12,812 bases of DNA. Source: an uncultured Eubacteriales bacterium. GTDB taxonomy: Bacteria > Bacillota > Clostridia > TANB77 > RGIG9151. Of the stretch, positions 7,695 through 12,812 are shown piece by piece. Numbering within the stretch: the first letter of the stretch is position 1; each line of letters opens with the position of its first letter. Under the pieces are notes generated by a model. The model did not search any database. It saw only the letters and a list, made by a program, of their open reading frames with translations, and was not told the origin of the DNA. The position numbers and the translations under genes are program-made. The stretch lies in NCBI GenBank assembly GCA_964478905.1, contig CAYZJZ010000025.1:1-12812 (forward strand), read 5' to 3'.

Positions 7695-8027
7695 CTATCC
7701 TATTTTAAATACCGCTTGAACTTGATTATTTATAGCTAAAAAAATCTTACTATCTGTATCGCCTTTTAACATAACATTTCGTTCTCTCATTATTCTTTCG
7801 TTCCCAAGTAAAACCTCATCATTATCCACTTTACCCAAAACTCCAAAATCCCTAAACTCCTTGACTTTTTTCACCTTCGCACATTCAATCCTATCATCTA
7901 ATCGAGAAATAGCATTTGCAATAGGATTTTTGCTTGTCATAGCTATGCCTTTTGCATAAGACATAACCTTTACAGTCTTTTCAAAGCCAACAAAATCCAC
8001 AAACAAAATCTTAATGTTATCTTGCAT
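7695..8027 (-). CDS. Small stand-alone protein resembling the nucleotide-binding (N) domain of a heavy-metal P1B-type ATPase, with degenerate catalytic motifs
   Basis: 110 aa from the ATG at 8025-8027, with RBS GGGGGGA 9 nt upstream. The track's 116-aa version uses an upstream TTG. By-eye alignment to the copA N-domain in this window: SKNPIANAI vs SEHPIARAI; KEFRDFGVLGKVDNDEVLLGNERIMRERNV vs QEFEAISGYGVSGKTKNGDVLLIGNSKLMKENNI; KIFLAINNQVQAVFKIG vs ILFVSMNNQLISLIGVKD. The N-terminal VDFVGFEKT aligns with FDKTGTLT but keeps only the Asp. There are no transmembrane segments. Confidence 0.55.
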   Translation of the reverse strand: MQDNIKILFVDFVGFEKTVKVMSYAKGIAMTSKNPIANAISRLDDRIECAKVKKVKEFRDFGVLGKVDNDEVLLGNERIMRERNVMLKGDTDSKIFLAINNQVQAVFKIG

Positions 8028-8054
8028 ACAGTATAATCCCCCCAATATTTTTAA

Positions 8055-9365
8055 CTAAAATTTAAATCCCCTTTTATTATTTTTAAACTTTTTCATCATT
8101 TTTTTCATCTCATCAAACTGTTTTAATAATCTATTAACATCTTGTACTTGCATTCCTGAGCCCGATGCAATTCTCTTCTTTCTACTCGCATTAATAATTT
8201 CCGGTTTTTCTCTTTCTTTCGGTGTCATAGATAAAATAATCGCTTCAACTCTTGCAACTTGTTTATCGTCAATTTCAATATCTTTCAATTGTGCTCCCAT
8301 TCCCGGGATCATACCGAGTAGCTGACTTATAGGTCCCATTTTCTTTATCTGTTGCATTTGACTCAAAAAATCCTCTAATGTAAAAGTAGCTTCTCTTAAC
8401 TTTTTCTCAAGTTTTAACGCTTCCTCTTCCTCAAAATTTTCTTGAGCCTTTTCAATTAAGGAAAGTACATCTCCCATTCCTAGAATTCTCGATGCCATTC
8501 TATCAGGATAAAACGGCTCTAAATCGCTTAATTTTTCACCAACACTAACAAACTTAATTGGTTTTCCCGTAACAGCTTTAGCAGACAACGCAGCACCGCC
8601 ACGAGTATCGCCGTCTAACTTACTCATAACAATTCCGCTAATTTCCAGTTTCTCATTAAAAGCCGTCGCAACATTTAAAGCATCCTGACCGGTCATCGCA
8701 TCAATAACAAGCAATATTTCCGTAGGATTAATCGCATTTCTTAAATTCGTAACTTCATTCATAAGTTCTTCGTCAACATGTAACCTTCCGGCAGTATCTA
8801 CAATAACAACATCGTTTCCCTTTTGCTTTGCCAGCTTAATTCCTTCATTCGCAATTTTAATAACATCTTTAGTCTCACGCATAGAAAAAACAGGTATATC
8901 AAGCTGTTTGCCCAACACTTCAAGCTGATCAATAGCAGCAGGTCTATATACATCACACGCAATCAATAGCGGTTTTTTACCGTTTTTTCTAACAAAATTA
9001 GCAATTTTTCCGCTCGCAGTAGTTTTACCCGAACCTTGTAATCCAGCCATTAAAATAACAGTTATTCCATTAGGATTAAAATTAAGACGACTAGGTTCTT
9101 TACCAAGTAATTCAATTAATTCTTCATTAACTATCTTTACAATTTGTTGACCGGGAGTAAGACTTTTCAAAACATCTTGCCCCATAGCTTTTTCAGAAAT
9201 TTTAGCAATAAAATCCTTAACAACCTTAAAGTTAACGTCAGCTTCCAACAAAGCAAGTTTTAACTCTCTTGAAATCGCCTTAACATCTTCTTCTGTAACA
9301 CGTGATTTACCACGTATTTTCTTCATTATACCTTGTATCTTTTCAGAAAAACCTTCAAAAACCAT
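8055..9365 (-). CDS. ffh: Signal recognition particle protein Ffh (SRP54 GTPase)
   Basis: 436 aa. N domain, then G domain with GLQGSGKTT (G1), DTAGR (G3) and SKLDGD (G4), then a Met-rich M domain (QLLGMIPGMG) and a basic C-terminal tail. Confidence 0.97.
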   Translation of the reverse strand: MVFEGFSEKIQGIMKKIRGKSRVTEEDVKAISRELKLALLEADVNFKVVKDFIAKISEKAMGQDVLKSLTPGQQIVKIVNEELIELLGKEPSRLNFNPNGITVILMAGLQGSGKTTASGKIANFVRKNGKKPLLIACDVYRPAAIDQLEVLGKQLDIPVFSMRETKDVIKIANEGIKLAKQKGNDVVIVDTAGRLHVDEELMNEVTNLRNAINPTEILLVIDAMTGQDALNVATAFNEKLEISGIVMSKLDGDTRGGAALSAKAVTGKPIKFVSVGEKLSDLEPFYPDRMASRILGMGDVLSLIEKAQENFEEEEALKLEKKLREATFTLEDFLSQMQQIKKMGPISQLLGMIPGMGAQLKDIEIDDKQVARVEAIILSMTPKEREKPEIINASRKKRIASGSGMQVQDVNRLLKQFDEMKKMMKKFKNNKRGFKF

Positions 9366-9398
9366 AATTATAATCCTCGCAATTCCGCAAATATTTTA

Positions 9399-9635
9399 CT
9401 ATTCATTCTTAAATTGTTGTTCCATAAGTTTCAATTTCGACTCTGTATCATATAAAACTTTTTCCGAACGTTTTAAGCTATCTGACACACCTTGTTTACT
9501 AATTTCTAATTCTTCAGCAATTTCAGACAACGACAAATTATCCTCATAATATAAATTCATAATTTCTCTTTGTCTCGGAGTCAGCATATTTCCATAGAAA
9601 TCAAGCAATAACGCAATTTCAACATTCTTATCCAT
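9399..9635 (-). CDS. ylxM: YlxM/UPF0122 helix-turn-helix protein encoded upstream of ffh
   Basis: 78 aa. LLDFYGNMLTPRQREIMNLYYEDNLSLSEIAEELEISKQGVSDSLKRSE matches the conserved YlxM core (B. subtilis: [33 protein letters not shown]...). It holds the canonical position directly upstream of ffh. RBS GGGGTGA. Confidence 0.85.
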   Translation of the reverse strand: MDKNVEIALLLDFYGNMLTPRQREIMNLYYEDNLSLSEIAEELEISKQGVSDSLKRSEKVLYDTESKLKLMEQQFKNE

Positions 9636-9668
9636 AAAAACATCACCCCAAAAAGTATATAGATGTAG

Positions 9669-9696
9669 TTTATACTATAACTTTTAATTTTGTCAA
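9669..9696 (-). promoter_or_regulatory. Sigma-A type promoter for ylxM-ffh
   Basis: The minus strand reads TTGACA-N16-TATAAA (-35 is the complement of 9691-9696, -10 the complement of 9669-9674), about 35 nt upstream of the ylxM ATG. Confidence 0.6.
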
Positions 9697-9703
9697 ATCA
9701 AGA

Positions 9704-10198
9704 TTACTTTAGCTCATCCAAACCATTTTTCAGTTTAGATAACTCACTATTAGTATATCTTTTATCATCAGTAACCTCTTTTTTTACCCAGTGAGGAGCA
9801 TTAAAATTTTTAGCCTCTTCTAAACTGTTAAACTCAACCTCAAGACAAGCAAGCCCCTTTAATCTTCCCTCAAAAACATCCAACTCAAACTTATTATTAT
9901 TCTCAAAAGTTATATACCTATTTTTCTTTATCTTACAAACATCATCTCTACTCATTAGCTTAGAATACGCCTCTTTAGATATTTCCAATTCAACTTCATT
10001 CCTTACTAAATCATTATCCGTATTAGACTTAAACGTCATATAATACTTAGAATTTGAAATTGATCTTATTCTAACCGCAGGATTATGCAAAATATAGCCT
10101 TGTTCAATTTCTTTTCTCTCCATTAAAGATAAATCATACGGAATTTTATCTATATCTACTAAAAATTTTCTTTCAATTTCCAAATTATCCATACTCAT
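9704..10198 (-). CDS. CYTH-domain protein, triphosphate tunnel metalloenzyme (NeuTTM/CthTTM-like inorganic triphosphatase type)
   Basis: 164 aa. N-terminal EIERKFLV (ExExK signature). Also QGYI, VRIRS, FELDVFEGRLKGLACLEVEF and KEVTDDKRYTNSELS, closely paralleling characterised bacterial TTM triphosphatases. RBS GGGAGAGG. Confidence 0.85.
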   Translation of the reverse strand: MSMDNLEIERKFLVDIDKIPYDLSLMERKEIEQGYILHNPAVRIRSISNSKYYMTFKSNTDNDLVRNEVELEISKEAYSKLMSRDDVCKIKKNRYITFENNNKFELDVFEGRLKGLACLEVEFNSLEEAKNFNAPHWVKKEVTDDKRYTNSELSKLKNGLDELK

Positions 10199-10234
10199 AA
10201 ACAGTCCTCTCCCTTAATAATCATTACAGGTTAA

Positions 10235-11350
10235 TTAAAATTTTAATCCTGTTTTCCTAATCGAAACTCCCAAAATAATACCAATTGCAATCATATTAGT
10301 AAGCATAGCACTTCCGCCATAACTTACAAACGGCAACGGTATACCAGTTATAGGAGCTAATCCCATCGTCATTCCAATGTTTATAAAAATATGGAACGCG
10401 AACATAGTAGAAAGCCCAACAACAATGAGTCTACCTTCCTCATCTCTAGCATCTTTTGCTACCATATAACAATTTATAACAAGTGCCAACAAAAGAATTA
10501 TAAGTATTGCCGCAACAAAGAACCCCATTTCCTCAGAAATAGCCGCAAAAATAAAGTCCGTAGTCTGAGCAAATAAATATCCAAGTTGAGTTTGAGTACC
10601 ATTATATAATCCCATTCCGGTAAGCTGTCCAGCTCCTACCGCAAGTTTAGACTGTAAAACGTGGTAACCTGCACCTGTCGGATCTAGTGTTGGGTCTAAA
10701 AACACCTTTATACGATTTTTTTGAACTTTAGAGAGTAATCCAAAATAAGCTACCGGACAAATTACAATCAAAGACAAAAGTCCATACAATATATACTTAT
10801 AGTCTATTCCCCAAACAAAAACCATAGCGATAACAGATACAACAAAAACCATTCCCGTACCAAAATCCGGTTGTTTCAAAATCAAAAATATCGGTACACC
10901 TAAAATCACACATATTCCAAAAATTCTAAGTAAATATTCTTTTGTACTGTAACTTCTTTTTTTAAGCGTAGTAAGAAGCTTCGCAGTAGCCAAAATTAAT
11001 ACAATTTTAGAAATCTCAGACGGCTGAAAAGCTATTTTTCCATCAAAAAATTGGAACCAACTTCGAGCATTATTTTTAGCCTCGGTAAACAAAACAAGCA
11101 CTAACATAACAAGGCAAATACCATAAAGTACATACCAATACCTTAAATATAATTCATAATCTATACTCATAACCGCAACTAATGCAATAGCACCAATAAC
11201 CACCGCTACAACTTGCTTTTTTATATTAGAGAAATCAGGATCAGACGAATGAGATGCACTCGCAAGCCCAACCATACCTATAATAAGTATTGCAACAATT
11301 AAAGCAATAATCCTAAATTCTCTACTTTTTACTATTTTCCAAAAATTCAT
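10235..11350 (-). CDS. rodA: SEDS-family peptidoglycan glycosyltransferase (FtsW/RodA/SpoVE). Called RodA from its position after minDE.
   Basis: About 10 predicted TM segments and the family motifs QPSEISKIVLIL, DPTGAGYHVLQSKLAVGAGQLTGMG, TDFIFAAISEEMGFF and GIPLPFVSYGGSAML. I prefer the ATG at 11348-11350 (MNFWKIV...), with AGGTGA 5 nt upstream, over the track's GTG at 11359. Confidence 0.85.
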   Translation of the reverse strand: MNFWKIVKSREFRIIALIVAILIIGMVGLASASHSSDPDFSNIKKQVVAVVIGAIALVAVMSIDYELYLRYWYVLYGICLVMLVLVLFTEAKNNARSWFQFFDGKIAFQPSEISKIVLILATAKLLTTLKKRSYSTKEYLLRIFGICVILGVPIFLILKQPDFGTGMVFVVSVIAMVFVWGIDYKYILYGLLSLIVICPVAYFGLLSKVQKNRIKVFLDPTLDPTGAGYHVLQSKLAVGAGQLTGMGLYNGTQTQLGYLFAQTTDFIFAAISEEMGFFVAAILIILLLALVINCYMVAKDARDEEGRLIVVGLSTMFAFHIFINIGMTMGLAPITGIPLPFVSYGGSAMLTNMIAIGIILGVSIRKTGLKF

Positions 11351-11585
11351 AATCATCACCTATATATAGCAACATATTTTATCTAAATGAAAATTACTAC
11401 TAAGACTAACTGCTTTATAAATCCCAATAATAACGAATAAAACACATTGCAGAAAAAAAGAGTTGTAAAAAAACAAAATTTTAGTCGAATAATCATTGTA
11501 GAGCCGGACATTATTCCCACTACGGAATAGCTTTAACCCTTCCCTACGCATTTGAAAAAAATTGCTTTTTTACAGCCCCTTTATA

Positions 11586-11978
11586 TTATTTTTTCGTTGA
11601 TTTTTTTGTATTCTTCTTCGGTTTCGTTTCAGAAGTATCAGCCTTTACTTTTTCAACTTTTTCTTCCGGCTTTTCTTTTTCAATATTAATTTTTTCAGCA
11701 TCAGACGCTTTAACATTTAAAATCGGAATATTTGCAACCAACGCAGGAACAATTCTATCCCCCGCATCGCTCTTAGTCTTTGTAAGTTGAATATCTAAAG
11801 AATCTTCATCAATTTCCATATATTGTTTTATTACTTTTATAATTTCACCTTTAACCATCTCTAAAAATTGAGGCGAAACATTGGCTTTATCATGAATTAA
11901 TACAAGTTTTAATCTTTCTTTAGCCAAATTTTTAGAATTTTCTTCTTTCTTAAATAGCTTTAAGATATTGTCAAACAC
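11586..11978 (-). CDS. minE: Cell division topological specificity factor MinE, with a Lys/Glu-rich C-terminal extension
   Basis: 130 aa with a GTG start and RBS GGGAGAGA 6 nt upstream. MinE core: LFKKEENSKNLAKERLKLVLIHDKANVSPQFLEMVKGEIIKVIKQYMEIDE...ALVANIPILNVK. It directly follows minD. Confidence 0.85.
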   Translation of the reverse strand: MFDNILKLFKKEENSKNLAKERLKLVLIHDKANVSPQFLEMVKGEIIKVIKQYMEIDEDSLDIQLTKTKSDAGDRIVPALVANIPILNVKASDAEKINIEKEKPEEKVEKVKADTSETKPKKNTKKSTKK

Positions 11979-12017
11979 AATTTATCTCTCCCTTCAATAT
12001 AATCAAAACAGACTATA

Positions 12018-12812
12018 TTACTTTTTTTTCATTAGTAAACTTTTAATTTTATCCATAAAACTATGCTTTTTCCAATCCTCAAAAGGAACTTCTTCGCCCA
12101 TAATTCTTCTTACGATATTCCTATATGAACTTCCGGCAATAGACTTATTATCAGTAACCGCAGGCTCTCCTTTATTCGTAGCCACAATAATACTCTGATC
12201 ATCAGGTACAACACCAATTAAATCGATAGCCAATATTTCAAGAACGTCTTCAGTACTCATCATATCGCCACGTTTTACCATATCTTCTCTAACACGATTT
12301 AGTAATAACTTCGGTTCTCTAACCTCATTAGCTTCCAGTAACCCAATTATTCTATCAGCATCTCTAACAGCAGAAACTTCAGGAGTCGTAACAACTATCG
12401 CTCTATCCGCCCCACAAATAGCATTCTTAAATCCTTGTTCAATTCCAGCCGGGCAGTCAACAATTATGTAGTCAAAATCCTTCTTCAACTCTTTACAAAG
12501 TTTCTTCATTTGATCAGGTTTTACCGCGTTTTTATCCTTTGTTTGAGCAGCTGGGAGCAAATATAAACCTTCATAACGCTTATCTTTAATTAAAGCTTGT
12601 TTAATTTTACAATTACCTTCAACAACATCAACTAAATCATAAACTATTCTATTCTCCAACCCCATTACAACATCAAGATTTCTAAGTCCTATATCCGTAT
12701 CAAGTAAAGCAACCTTTTTATCTTGCAATGCCAGTCCGGTTCCTATGTTCGCAGTAGACGTAGTCTTACCGACTCCACCTTTTCCGGACGTAATAACAAT
12801 TACCTCTCCCAT
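12018..12812 (-). CDS. minD: Septum site-determining ATPase MinD
   Basis: 264 aa. Deviant Walker A motif SGKGGVGKTT at the N-terminus, DTDIGLRNLD, IIVDCPAGIE, and a C-terminal amphipathic membrane-targeting helix (FMDKIKSLLMKKK). The ATG falls exactly at the window edge, so its RBS and any upstream minC cannot be seen. Confidence 0.95.
   Translation of the reverse strand: MGEVIVITSGKGGVGKTTSTANIGTGLALQDKKVALLDTDIGLRNLDVVMGLENRIVYDLVDVVEGNCKIKQALIKDKRYEGLYLLPAAQTKDKNAVKPDQMKKLCKELKKDFDYIIVDCPAGIEQGFKNAICGADRAIVVTTPEVSAVRDADRIIGLLEANEVREPKLLLNRVREDMVKRGDMMSTEDVLEILAIDLIGVVPDDQSIIVATNKGEPAVTDNKSIAGSSYRNIVRRIMGEEVPFEDWKKHSFMDKIKSLLMKKK

Noticed and set aside
8028-8045. TTG-initiated MGGLYC extension of the 116-aa ORF
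   Set aside because: These codons are themselves the GGGGGGA ribosome-binding site, spaced 9 nt from the ATG at 8025-8027. The shorter 110-aa form is more plausible.
11351-11359. GTG start (MMIM...) for rodA
   Set aside because: AGGTGA overlapping this GTG is placed as the RBS for the ATG at 11348-11350. The difference is only 3 codons and has low impact.
11360-11551. 63-aa minus-strand ORF between minE and rodA, in the same frame as rodA and separated from it only by a TAG
   Set aside because: No Shine-Dalgarno upstream, and the first third uses codons rare for this genome (CGT, AGG, GGG, CGG, CTC). The sequence has no recognisable family features. Sharing a frame with rodA has a 1-in-3 chance of occurring by accident, and nothing suggests stop-codon readthrough. 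The region is treated as a non-coding leader instead.
1-12812. Searched for CRISPR repeats, tRNA/rRNA genes, IS elements or inverted terminal repeats, integrase or recombinase genes, toxin-antitoxin pairs, defence-system genes, and signs of an alternative genetic code
   Set aside because: I saw no periodic direct repeats, no cloverleaf-like GC-rich islands apart from the short rodA leader element, and no transposase- or integrase-like ORFs. All genes read cleanly in the standard code. The gene content is housekeeping, flagellar and metal homeostasis, so calling this a defence or mobile island would not be supported.

Overview
AT-rich window (about 30% G+C by eye, not computed), typical of a low-GC Firmicute or Clostridia-like chromosome. 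Every credible gene is on the minus strand. In transcription order (right to left): minD, minE, a 226-nt leader, rodA, and a CYTH/TTM triphosphatase. Next is a self-contained ylxM-ffh operon that ends in an unusual 110-aa gene resembling an isolated P-type ATPase nucleotide-binding domain. Then comes a sigma-D (sigma-28) driven late flagellar operon (flaG-fliD-fliS plus an FlgN-like chaperone), followed by the Cu(I) P1B-ATPase copA. At the left edge is a Cthe_2159-like beta-helix surface protein that runs off the window and is missing from the ORF track. Two strong rho-independent terminators and three promoter candidates can be read from the sequence. I found no tRNA, rRNA, CRISPR array, transposase, integrase or recognisable defence genes. 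This looks like core chromosome, not an accessory island, and I cannot support a claim of a new multi-gene system. The observations most worth follow-up are: (1) the orphan ATPase N-domain mini-gene sitting where rpsP normally follows ffh; (2) a 1-nt indel that puts a good signal peptide out of frame with the beta-helix protein; (3) an oversized FliD with an internally duplicated module; (4) a Shine-Dalgarno (SD) hairpin presenting GGA in its loop in the flaG leader. All homology statements come from by-eye motif recognition, not database searches.
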